A DNA stretch of 63,979 bases, filler included. It is 5 parts of 5 records of this genome, joined end to end, with 100 filler letters (N's around TTAATTAATTAA, not from the genome) between each part and the next. Parts side by side here need not be neighbours in the genome. Positions count along the whole stretch, not along the records: positions 47,120 to 57,398 come from SRR2962707_4700; positions 57,499 to 63,979 come from SRR2962707_4737; 3 more parts are not named here. One strand, written 5' to 3'. A program made the position numbers and the translations under genes. Shown one piece after another: positions 50,101-60,740 of the stretch. The notes below the pieces were generated by a model. That model was given only the letters and a program-made list of their open reading frames with translations. It was not told where the DNA came from and made no database searches. Each line of letters opens with the position of its first letter. Within the stretch, counting starts at the first letter, position 1.

Positions 50101-53100
50101 TTCACTTCGCCAAAGGCCCTGACGACCCTTCCGCGCTCTCAAATGAGATTGCTTCCTCAAGCCCGCAGGATCCAGGACCTGCTCCGTCACCGAAGGATGC
50201 AGACACTGTGGATACGGCAGTAGTGACGGGAAGTGACCACCGCGTTGAGTCACCGGATGATGAGGTAGACCGCGTCGCCCGGCGCGTTCGGGAAGAAATT
50301 GCCAGGCGCCGTCAAACAACCGGATCGGCCAGAGCGAGTATTTCTGCCAATGAGTTTGTTCGTGCCGTTGCTCGGGTCAGTTGTGTCGCATGTCTAGCGC
50401 AGTGATAATGCAGCGGCCTGTTGTGCGGTGCCGGCTGTCGCTTCTTGAACCGTTTCTTGAATATTGTGTGTGTCTACCTGACTTCTGTCGGCGGGGAATT
50501 GTGGGATTAGGTAAAACCCCAGCCAATTGCTGAGTCTAAGGCCCCAGCACCCCATGCTCAACCAAAGTCAGACGCGGGATTTTTCAGCGGTGACTTACTT
50601 GCCAAAATTCGTGGCGGAGGTGCGAGCGACACGTTGTCATCGCCCCAAAGTTGGTGGCAGTCAGCAACCTCGTCTTTTCAGCGCGTGTTCAGTGCAAGTA
50701 GCAATGGGACAAATACGCGAGGTAATGGGCCTCGAAACCATTCCTCATGGTCAGAGTCTAGTGGGCATGGGGAGCTTAGTCTGCCTCCACCAAGGCCCAC
50801 AATGGTCGCGCCAGGCGTCGAAATGTTTGGTGCAGCGATGGAAATCGATTCAGATGTGTCGGCGCTTCGAGTGGCGGGTCGCAGTCCTCTTAGGACAAGA
50901 AAACTTACGGAGCTGGCTGCGCAACTCGACGATCTAGCGAGAAATGGAATACCAGGGCACGCGGCAGGGGCTACTGCGTCCGGGTTTGCAAAACTCACCG
51001 ACGGTAAGCTGTTTGTGTCGGACTCGCAGTCTTTAGAATGGACTTGCATCATTAGACGAGATCCTTTGAAATAAATATTGCATTCTGCTTGTCTTTCATG
51101 CCAGCCGTATTTCAGGTTTTGTTGCAGGTGCTTACAGGCGGACTTGCCTCTGCCGACGCAATTGCTCTCCATCCGTGCATTCTTGAGTGGTTTGAACAGT
51201 GGCGCAGCTACAACGTTGGCGGTCGAGTTTCCGGTCAGACTTTGCGTCAAGCTCGCGTTGTTTGCAGCTGGATTATTCAATTTCTTGCAATTGAAAGTGG
51301 GACAGCACAATCCGTTGCCATCGAAGTCCAGTCTGGACAAACGCCCGTGTGGACCACGATGGATGTCCATGACTACCTCTTTGAAGCCTTGGAAGCGCGC
51401 GAACGCGTGAATGGAGGCGTTTCCCTTTTTTTGCCGGCAACTCCACCACCAACCGAAACGCCGACCGATGTCGGCAACGGAATCAACTTTGTTGGCAAGC
51501 CTCACCTGGCCGCTCGGGCCGATGCCATCGCAGCTGTTGCAGATCTTGTTTGGGTGGCTGCCGTTGTGAAAGGGGCCCATGCAAATGAGACCGAATGCAT
51601 CGCACAACATTGCGTTGACTTTTCGAACACCGCTCAAAAGACTGGTGCGAACCCTAACAGTGTTGAATCTTTTGTACGCAGCATGGAAAGATCTGCTCGG
51701 CAACATCTGAAAGTGGCACCGCGCGGCTTTGTGATGTCCACGCGCTCCGGCAGGACTGCAGCTCTGAATGGCACAACTGATTTTCAAGCGGGAACTGGCA
51801 TTGTGTGTGGTTATTCTACAGCTGAAGCAACCGCCGTTCAAACTGCTTTTCGTGCCGCTCTTGAAGAAGGGGGTGGGAGCTTCCGTAGATGCTGCGAGCT
51901 TTACTTCTATCTTGCTGCACCGACTGGTCAAAGCGGACCAGCGGCAGTCCCGGACGGCCTGCGTCAACTTGGGCCAGCCTTATTTCACGACAGCCATCGT
52001 GTAGCGAATGAGAAATTTCCATTGAGTCGAAGCGCAAAACAGCACGCTGATTCTAGCGCGCCTGCATGGAGGCAGCGCTTGCAACTGCACCCAATGTGGA
52101 GTCGACCGTTTGCTGGCTTTTTCATCAGCGCCCCCGGCAGTCGAACGTTTAATGAACTGCGCAACCTTTTTCTTTTGGACGACACCGATGTTGCGGCCTC
52201 TGCTTTGCCAGAGTATTTTCATATGCAAAGCTGGGAAACGAAAACCGCTGTGGTCCCCGAAGCTTCACAGCACGATCATCGTAACTTCGCGCGGAATGGT
52301 GCCCATACCATCAACAGGGCTCGACCGCGTTTGTCGGCCCCCGTTGCAGTGTCGCTGCTTTGCGCGGGCCTGCATCCGTTTGTGGATGCCAATGATGTTT
52401 TGCGGGCATGCTTTGCCCCGCCCCTCTACAACGCATTGCTGCAAGCCGCCGGGAAGTTTGCGGGAGACAGTGTGTCAATACCTGAGGCTCTAGAGGATTT
52501 GGTGGCAGCACTTCTGGAATTCATTATCCCTGGCTTCACCGCTTCTCTGAGCGCTCACGGTTCCAGTGACGTCACCAACACGCTTACACAATCAGACCGG
52601 CTTCGGCTTATTGAGGCTGCCTTTCGATATCTTGATTTTCGATTGCAGCACCACAGCACTGCTTCCGGCGATGCCGGCATTGGAAAGCCGTGCGGTCCAA
52701 TGCTGATTCGGCGTTGTTGGATTCTCTTAAAAACTTGCCTTCCGTTGGTCGCCTTCCGATGCGAGCAGCGCGTTAATGCTTCGCCGCTACGGCGATCGAT
52801 TCCGCATGATATTTTATCTCACGCTCGCGCTGGCGAAGCCGCGGAGCATGACCATCGTACTGATGGTAGCAACAATTTTTCGCTTCAATGCCACACTCCT
52901 CCTATTGACCACATTAGCGCTTTGCTGGGGTGCGATCTGCCCTCGCCCCAGGCCGGTTTTCGGTGGTGTTGGGACGTCTGCGAATTTGTATCGTACGCTC
53001 CTGGGCTGTACGCGTGCCTTCGGGCGCTCATGTCGCATGCGAACCCCGAGCAGTTGTTGGACTCGCATGGTGTAGCCGGCTCACAGGGCGAGTTCAACCT

Positions 53101-54382
53101 GGAGTCTCTTGCAGCTCGTGGATTGGCGGCAGCTTGGAACGCGAAGCGTCCTGCATGGTTCTCCGACATCGTGAGACTGTTTTTTGCAGCCGTCTCCCGC
53201 GACTCCCGATGCGCACCAGCGCACGATACTCCATCTGGCAACGCATTTGACTCGCACAATGCAGCGAAGTTGGTTGCGCTATTGCGAACCCTGCACGGAC
53301 GCCTATGCGCGCCTGTTGCCAGCTCCGTCGGCGACATGTGTTGTGTCAAGAACTCTGCAGAGTTTAGTGGTGTCGCACATGCATTCATTGCAGCATGTTT
53401 ACCGTTCGTTGACACCGCCCGCTTTGCAATGTGTTTGTTAGCAAACGAAACAAGTGCGTCACAGCCGGTCAATGCAGACAATACTCCTTCGCTGACAATC
53501 GTGGACCTCTTGCCAGTGGCGGCCCTCGCAGACTTGTCACAAGCTGTCGAGCTGCAGCAGTCATGGCTGCCCCTGATGGGCGCCTTGCGTCAGTCAATCC
53601 GTGCGCACGTGCAAAGTAGTCAGATTGACAGGCTTACAAAGGCAGTCGGGGCTCGTGAACGGATGCTGATAATTTTTTTGCAGAAGTATGGCCGCACAAA
53701 AGCAGGTCTTGAAATGGCGTCATTCGGTAGGTCTACCACGCGACGGCGGCAAGCACAACAGCCCGTTTCACTGGAGTGGCTTGCCTTCGCTCGTGATTTC
53801 CTGCAATGCGCTGGAGCAGACACAGACGATGGGCATGTTGAGGCGTTTGCGCGATCAGCATCGGCGTTGCTTCCCCTGTTGTTGCCGCCACTTGAATCTG
53901 ATGGCAATGCCGACGTGGACGTTCCGACAGCTGTGGGGCCACAGGCGGCTCGCTCGACCAGACCTTTGCCCACCAACGTCGATTGGCCAGTTGTGCATAG
54001 GTATTTGCTGGGAGGGTTTGAGACCAGCTCTGTTTCATCTGCCACTGACTCTGGTCTCGATGAGTGGGAAGGCCACAAGCGTCATTGGGGTCTCCAGGTT
54101 GACCTTTGGGCAAAGTCGCGGCAGCAAGCAGGAGTACATGGTGCAGGGGACGAGGACGTTGTGGCGGAGTCAGACTTGGTCCAGCCACCTGTTGTTTCGG
54201 ATCTGTGTGGCTTCTGCGGCAGCTCGCTTGTCCCCTGTGGTTCGGAAAGTGTAAGCGAGGCAGGCGAGGCAACCGAGGAAATGATAATTCGCGACAGCAC
54301 GCTGGTTGCCTACGACTGTGCACATTGTTACCATGAAGAATGTGACCCAGGATTTTGCTTCCAATGTACGGAGAAGGAGTGA
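47120..54382 (+). CDS. Eukaryotic HPS5/TECPR2-like WD40 protein with C-terminal RING-H2 (5' partial, 7 exons)
   Basis: Phase-consistent GT-AG model: exons <47120-47510, 47662-48346, 48444-48526, 48681-48714, 48819-50375, 50511-51003, 51105-54382. Spliced motifs EH....ITALEWD....VSGD..GKV, ITQLD..LLIST..RC, QIG.K.RNGEFGGCF and FASRRGGRLW recall HPS5/TECPR2. Confidence 0.75.
47128..47149 (+). repeat. (CCA)n trinucleotide repeat encoding poly-Thr
   Basis: ccaccaccaccaccaccacca at contig start. Confidence 0.8.
48628..48652. repeat. Intronic (GT)n microsatellite
   Basis: tgtgtgtgtgtgtctgtgtgtgtg in intron 3. Confidence 0.8.
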
Positions 54383-54606
54383 AGCATTGCTTGCTGACCC
54401 GGCCTTCTTGTTTATTAAGTTCACATTCCATTCCCAATAGAACTGACGGGAAACTGCGATTACTTTTGCACACGTTCACTTTTTTCCTTCACATGCGGTG
54501 CGATGTGATGCACTTCGTATGCTGTCATGAAGTAAGAGCAACCTGCGTTACAGAAAAGCACCTAATTTCTTATTTTCCAATCACTGGCACACCCGTTTGC
54601 ACGTTT

Positions 54607-57004
54607 TCACAGTCTGGGCCGCATGATACCTCCAAGTTTATGAATCGCCCGCGACATGCAAGGCCAAAAAATCCATTTGCGACACAATGTCGACGAAATC
54701 TGCGTTGCCGTCGGCTGCTGCAAACATGCTGTACAGATTGGCCAGGCGGACCCATGCATGTGTGTAGATGTGCAAATCCATTGATTTTTGGACTTTCTCA
54801 AACGGGTATCTGCGTCAGGCGCAATCGCAGAAACCATGAGCACTTTGATGAGCAAGCGAAGCACGTGACTTTTAAGTGGGTGATTCAGGGCGATTCAACA
54901 TTCACCAGATACTGTCGCCACCAGCAGGCAACGAGGACCTACCCGCACAACTGCGAAAACACGTCATCCGAGGTTTCAGCGTCAATCATTGAATCGATTT
55001 TTGCTGCGTGTGCAATGAATTTTTCTCGAGACACGTGCTGGTCGAGAGCGTCCGTATGAACTTCTGCACCTTCAAGCTCCGCAGCTTCTGCAAATTGTTC
55101 AATAATGACACGCTGTAACTCTTTTGTCTTGCTGTACAACTCGGCAAGGAGTTGCCGAAGCTCGGCTGGGTCCTCGACCTCTTCACAGAGGTCTTCCAAC
55201 AGGCTGCCGTTGATCCGGAAGGACGGGTTGAGCCGCCATTGTGCTGGCACCCCATCATCCGCGGCCGAGCCGGAACCTCCACGTCCGCCCGCTTCTTGGC
55301 CAGTTGCCTCGGCACCCACATTGATGGCAGCTCCCCCGCCAGCAACGATTTCATCTCTACCACTCGTGATGCTTTTGACTCGAATATCCGCAATACCCTC
55401 GATGACAGGCATTTCTTTTCCCATGTTCAATTCCGTGTTGGAGCGCCGCAAAAGTTCGACTAGATGAGACGCAACCTGCTTTCCGTCAAAGTCCGTAAAT
55501 GCAGAACGGCCTGTGTGAGACCTGCAACACGAGGCCATGTTTGCGCAACAATTGGGCGTCACAAAAGTTAAATCAGTGATCATCAATCGCAGTGAGGTGT
55601 CAAACGGGGTTGCGGCAAGGACCGCAAAAAAGCAAACACCTACATGATATTTTCCAAGTATAGTGACGCCGCGCGGATGAGCGCATGCGCGAATAGCTTG
55701 AGGGTCATCTTCTTCTTTGGTGACTTGTCCCAATCGAACCCGCAAAGGCTGTCATACACGTCCTTTGCCTCTGGCCCCTCAATTGCGCAGTTCACCTCGA
55801 GAATGTAAATTTGGAATTGCACCAACGACACGGATTGTCTGGTAGCCGACTCGTAATCGGCCTCCACGTACTTGTCATACAGCGCGTGAATCAGGTCGCC
55901 ACACGCTTGGAATACTTTCCGCAATTCGGAGCAAGCAGCCGGCGCATCGAATTCTGGCTCGGCTGCTGAAAGATCGCTCAAAAAATCCTCAAGCAGGCGT
56001 TCCTCCAGCTCCAGCTGTTCTTCCTCGAGCACAGTCTCAAGGCCGGACAGAGTTTGAGTTAAATCGAGTGTGTCTCCGAGCGTATCTCCCAACGTGTCGT
56101 TGAGGGTATCTCCCAGTCCATCGCTGTCCGGTGTTCCAAGGCGAGCAGTGCTGGGGGCAGAAGAGTCGCCACCCCCTGCATCCATACTGCCACCGTCGGG
56201 AATGCTTTCGTCCATAGTGAGCGAAAGCTCGTTGAGCTTGGTCAGTTGCGACGTGGGTGACCTGGCGCCCACCAACCATGGCTTGGCGCGCAGAATGTTG
56301 GTCTTTAGCTTGCCCCAGCGCGATGTGTCCTCGCCCTTGGCACCCATGCGTTTCTTAAGCTTGGAGAGCCACTGTGAAATAATGATATTCATCAAATCCG
56401 CGTGTTCCCCCGACTTAATAGCATTCTTGATTCGTACTTCCAGGATGGTAGCGGAGGCGTTCCCGTCTGACTTGAGCTGCTCGCTCACGACACCCACCAT
56501 CTCCTCCAGCGCCTGTTCGAGCTTGCGCATTTGCTTCGCCTCCAGCGTTTTGAACGCTGCATTTTGCGCCTTGATCTCATCGAGCATCTGCGCCAGCAGC
56601 TTCTCCTCTGCAGACGCGTCTTCCTTTCGCTCCACTGTGCGTGACCGCAGGAAATACAGCTTGCCCCTGCGGTGCACAGACCCAAAGTGCCTGACGTACC
56701 GAATCTTACTCTCTTGTCCAGAGATGTGCTCCAGCGTGCGGTTGGGCTGGAACACGTAGCCTTGCTCTTCCTGGCCCGCTGCACTTGCACTCGCGCTCAC
56801 TACGCTGCCCTCGAAATTGCCCGCTTTCTCACGCGGAATCTTGTGCACTCGCCCCTCCGGCACCGTGAGCACCGGTACAAAAGCCGGCAGCGGCGTTTTT
56901 TGCACAGGCTCCACCGGTGTCAAGCTCGGGTGGTGCGCAAAGTCCGAGCGGCTCATTTTTCGCGCCTTCTCCTCGGGCGTCGGCCCCGTCATCGTGTTGC
57001 CCAT
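54607..57004 (-). CDS. Eukaryotic hypothetical protein (N-myristoylation motif, coiled coils, EF-hand-like helical region), at least 3 exons
   Basis: Start MGNTMT at 57004; exons 57004-55644, 55521-54943 and 54868-onwards joined in phase by GTAGGT..AG introns; 3' end uncertain. Confidence 0.6.
56063..56116 (-). repeat. 12-bp coding tandem repeat (LGDT/LNDT x4)
   Basis: Translation GLGDTLNDTLGDTLGDTLD. Confidence 0.7.
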
Positions 57005-57376
57005 GGCTCCAATCGACTTGAGCCACAAGCAAAAACCAGAAAAACCTCTGAAGCTAGCTGCTTCAACAAACCGCAACTTCCGAACAGCCACAACAAGCGG
57101 GCCAGAAAGTGCGTGTGTTCTATCCTCTGCCCTACGTGTCTCGCCCCACAAGCGGGACAACCTCACAGCGCAACATGGTGGTCCGCCGCTGCACAACAAG
57201 CACACGAGAAGAAAGGAGGAAGAAAAAAAAAATTACAGCGACGTGCACTTCGACAAAGCGACAAGAAGCGACGAAACACGAGAAGTATCGTGTGCGTAGT
57301 TCGTGTCCGGCTTGGGTGCGGCCTATGTGTGAGTGTGAGTGACTGCGTTGTGCGTGTTCTTGTGTGCACTTGCGCT

Positions 57377-57398
57377 GTGTGTGTGTGTGTGTGTGTGT
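57377..57398. repeat. (GT)n microsatellite at contig end
   Basis: Uninterrupted tgtgtg run into the linker. Confidence 0.85.
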
Positions 57399-57498
57399 NN
57401 NNNNNNNNNNNNNNNNNNNNNNNNNNNNNNNNNNNNNNNNNNTTAATTAATTAANNNNNNNNNNNNNNNNNNNNNNNNNNNNNNNNNNNNNNNNNNNN
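57399..57498. other. Artificial contig linker
   Basis: N-run/TTAATTAATTAA/N-run. Confidence 0.98.
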
Positions 57499-58510
57499 CT
57501 TCCACGATGCCGATGTGCGCCCCGAAGGCGATACATTTGCCGAAAGTACAGCGCGCCTGCACGAGATCACCGATTATTTCGGCGAAAAGATGGAGCAGTC
57601 AGGCACCAAGCTGCTGTGGGGCACTGCGAACCTGTTTTCAAACCGCCGCTATATGTCGGGTGCCGCAACGAACCCCGACCCCGATGTATTTGCCTATGCC
57701 GCCGCGACCGTCAAAGAATGCATTGACGTCACCCACAAGCTGGGTGGTGAAAACTATGTGCTATGGGGCGGGCGCGAAGGCTATGAAACGCTGCTGAACA
57801 CCGACATGAAACGCGAACGTGAGCAGGCCGGTCGTTTCCTGCAAATGTCCGTCGAATATGCGCGCAAGATCGGGTTCAAAGGGGGCATCCTGATCGAGCC
57901 TAAACCGCAGGAACCCACCAAACATCAGTATGATTACGACGTCGCGACCGTGTACGGGTTCCTCAAGGATTTCGGGCTTGAGAACGAGGTGAAAGTAAAC
58001 ATTGAACAAGGTCACGCGATCCTAGCCGGGCATTCGTTCGAACATGAACTGGCGCTGGCCTCTGCGCTTGGGATTTTCGGGTCGATCGACATGAACCGCA
58101 ACGATTACCAATCGGGCTGGGACACCGACCAGTTCCCCAATTCCGTGCCCGAAGTCGCATTGGCCTATTACGAAGTGCTCAAGGCCGGTGGTTTCACGAC
58201 CGGCGGCACGAATTTCGACGCCAAGCTGCGCCGCCAGTCGCTGGATGCGCAGGATTTGATCCTGGCCCATGTCGGCGCGATGGATGTCTGCGCCCGCGGG
58301 TTGAAAGCCGCCGCCGCGATGCTGGAGGATGGCAAGCTGGAGGACGCCCGCGAAGCCCGTTACGCGGGCTGGGGCACGGCACGTGGTCAGGGACTGATGA
58401 ACAGCGACCTCGAGACAATCAACGCCCAAGTCAAGGCCGACGCGCTGAACCCGCAACCCGCATCGGGGCGCCAAGAAGCGTTGGAAAATCTGGTGAACAG
58501 ATATCTTTGA
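57499..58510 (+). CDS. xylA: Xylose isomerase, class II (5' truncated)
   Basis: [42 protein letters not shown]. Confidence 0.97.
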
Positions 58511-58541
58511 CGTATCGCCAGTGGCAGGGTAATTGACCCGT

Positions 58542-59234
58542 ATGTTCAAGCGCTACGCCATATATTTCACGCCCCCGCCCGGCGGTTTTACCCGATTGGG
58601 GACCGCTTGGCTGGGGTGGGATCTGGCGCAGGGCTGCACGGTTCCGCATCCCGATATCGCAGGGCTCAACGTCGCTGCCATCACCGAACGACCGCGCAAA
58701 TACGGGCTGCATGCAACGATCAAAGCACCGTTTACCCTTGCAGATGGCGCGACCGAACAGGGTTTAACCGATGCGCTAGCCGCGTTTTGTGCGGCACGTC
58801 CGTCAGTTACCCTTGACGGGTTGGCCCTGACCCAGATCGGCCGGTTTATGGCGCTGACACCCAAGGGCGACACATCAGCGCTGAACGGTTTGGCATCGGC
58901 GGCAATGCAGTCGCTGGATGGTTTTCGCGCACCGCTTGATGAGGCAGAGTTTGACCGCAAAAACCGGCCCAACATGTCTGATCGGCAGCGGCAATTGTTG
59001 CGGCAATGGGGATACCCCCATGTGGAAGAATTCTTTCGCTTTCATATCACCCTGACGGGGCCCGTCCCCGATGCGGAAATGGCGCAGGTGTGCCAAGCGA
59101 TCCAAGCCTATCTAATGCCCGCGATCACCGCTCCATTCGACATTGATAGCCTGACGTTATGCGCCGAAGACATGGATGGCAGGTTTCATCAAATCGAACG
59201 ATTTGCTTTAGGCAAAGCTGCGAATAGTCTCTAA
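58542..59234 (+). CDS. DUF1045 family 2H-phosphoesterase-like protein
   Basis: RYAIYFTP, YGLHATIKAPF, WGYPHV, FRFHITLTG (two HxT motifs). Confidence 0.88.
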   Translation: MFKRYAIYFTPPPGGFTRLGTAWLGWDLAQGCTVPHPDIAGLNVAAITERPRKYGLHATIKAPFTLADGATEQGLTDALAAFCAARPSVTLDGLALTQIGRFMALTPKGDTSALNGLASAAMQSLDGFRAPLDEAEFDRKNRPNMSDRQRQLLRQWGYPHVEEFFRFHITLTGPVPDAEMAQVCQAIQAYLMPAITAPFDIDSLTLCAEDMDGRFHQIERFALGKAANSL

Positions 59235-60740
59235 CGCGCCGGAAAGCGCCTTTCCTTCGGGGTCTTGCAGCGCCGCTTCGCGCAGGCGGGCAACCCAATC
59301 TGCCGCGTCCTTACGCCCCTTCACCATCTGCGCACCGTTCATCACGCTGTCAAATTTTGTCAGCCCGCGCGCATGGGTATCGGAATACCCCTTTATCAAA
59401 CGTCGGCAGCGCAACATCTCGACGCATAGCGCATAATCTTGCTCAAGCGGGGCAAGAGAGCGGTCTAGCCAAGCCTCGAGATGTGCGACCTCGACCGCGT
59501 GACGGCGGGTTTTCAGGCGATAGGATTTCAATCCGCCCAAAACGTACAACATCACAAAGGCCGGCAAACTATCGGTGCGCAATCGCCGCCCCTTGCCAAA
59601 CCATCGATCCAGCCACGCCATCGCCTTTGGTCGCCCTTCGACCCACGCACCAAGCTTGGCTGGCAGCAGCCCGGCGATTTCCTCAGCTCGAGGGTGGAAA
59701 TATTCCGTCAGCTGCATCACCTGATCGGGCTTTGCCCCCATTTCTGCACGGATGCGGGTAAACCTAGGGGCCCGTGTTTTGATATCAGCGACGCGGATGA
59801 TATCATCATAAGCCATTGCATTGGCGATGTATTTTGCCGCCGTGATACTTAATAGCCAACCCCGTTCGCTGCTGTCACGCCCAATCATCCCGTTCACGCG
59901 ATCCAGATAGGACGCGCCATAGGCGTAGCCTTGAAAATCCACGACCTTAAGCAAACCGGCAGTGGCCATTTGTTGAACCGCAGGCGGCATCGCTTGGATA
60001 CGGTCCAGCAACCTTTGATAATCGCGCAACAAATCCTGTGGCCCGGTGATTTCGCGCGGGGTGTCAGGTTTTTCAACTGTGACCGCATCGCCATTCTGGG
60101 CAGCGTCAAACCCTGCATCAAAGGCACGCAAACTGGCATCGACAGCCTTGCCGGATTGCCGGATTGCATCCTCGAACGCGGCGCGTGGAAAGGGCAAGGC
60201 GTCAACCCCCGCAAGCGCACCAAAAAGGCTGGCCGAAATGACCGATCCCTGATCGACGGCCAACTGCTCCATATTGGCCAAAATCAGTCTCTGTGCCGCT
60301 ATTTCAGCGGCGGCGCAAACTTCTTCTGCATCTGCAATCCCGTCGCCCGGAACCGTCTTTTCCGACACGGCCAATGCGCGGTGGTTTGACCCGATCAGCA
60401 CGGTCCGGTCCGGCGTGACAAAGCCGCGCATGACGGCGCGCCCGACCTCCATCATCTCGGCTGCGATCAGAATATCGACGTCGCCAGCAGACGGGGCCAA
60501 GGCAAAGATCGGCTGGTGATCCGTTTTTGGCGTCATTTCGACGTAATAGATCGTGGCACCGGTACGTTGCGCGACACCGGCGACGCTGGTCGCCTGCACC
60601 GCATAACCTTGGGCGCGGGCCATTGCTTCGATCCAGCCGGTTAGAACGCCGCCGCCCTGCCCGCCCACAGCCATGACCGCCAGCTTGGTGATCTGCGCGG
60701 CACGCGGATCAACGGGTTGTTCGGGAAATATAGCGTTCAT
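59208..60740 (-). CDS. iorB: Indolepyruvate oxidoreductase beta subunit family protein (long form)
   Basis: AVGGQGGG, GVAQRTGAT, MAYDD, LIKGYSDT. Confidence 0.88.
   Translation of the reverse strand: MNAIFPEQPVDPRAAQITKLAVMAVGGQGGGVLTGWIEAMARAQGYAVQATSVAGVAQRTGATIYYVEMTPKTDHQPIFALAPSAGDVDILIAAEMMEVGRAVMRGFVTPDRTVLIGSNHRALAVSEKTVPGDGIADAEEVCAAAEIAAQRLILANMEQLAVDQGSVISASLFGALAGVDALPFPRAAFEDAIRQSGKAVDASLRAFDAGFDAAQNGDAVTVEKPDTPREITGPQDLLRDYQRLLDRIQAMPPAVQQMATAGLLKVVDFQGYAYGASYLDRVNGMIGRDSSERGWLLSITAAKYIANAMAYDDIIRVADIKTRAPRFTRIRAEMGAKPDQVMQLTEYFHPRAEEIAGLLPAKLGAWVEGRPKAMAWLDRWFGKGRRLRTDSLPAFVMLYVLGGLKSYRLKTRRHAVEVAHLEAWLDRSLAPLEQDYALCVEMLRCRRLIKGYSDTHARGLTKFDSVMNGAQMVKGRKDAADWVARLREAALQDPEGKALSGALETIRSFA

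Noticed and set aside
50678..51967. 429-aa minus-strand ORF
   Set aside because: Antisense to exons 6-7 of the HPS5-like gene; no recognisable features
47120..57398. Giant-virus, phage or pseudogene explanation for the fragmented ORFs
   Set aside because: Breaks coincide with in-phase GT-AG introns; no viral hallmark genes
11990..57498. Recurring TTAATTAATTAA as a biological repeat
   Set aside because: Always centred in equal N-runs; an assembly spacer
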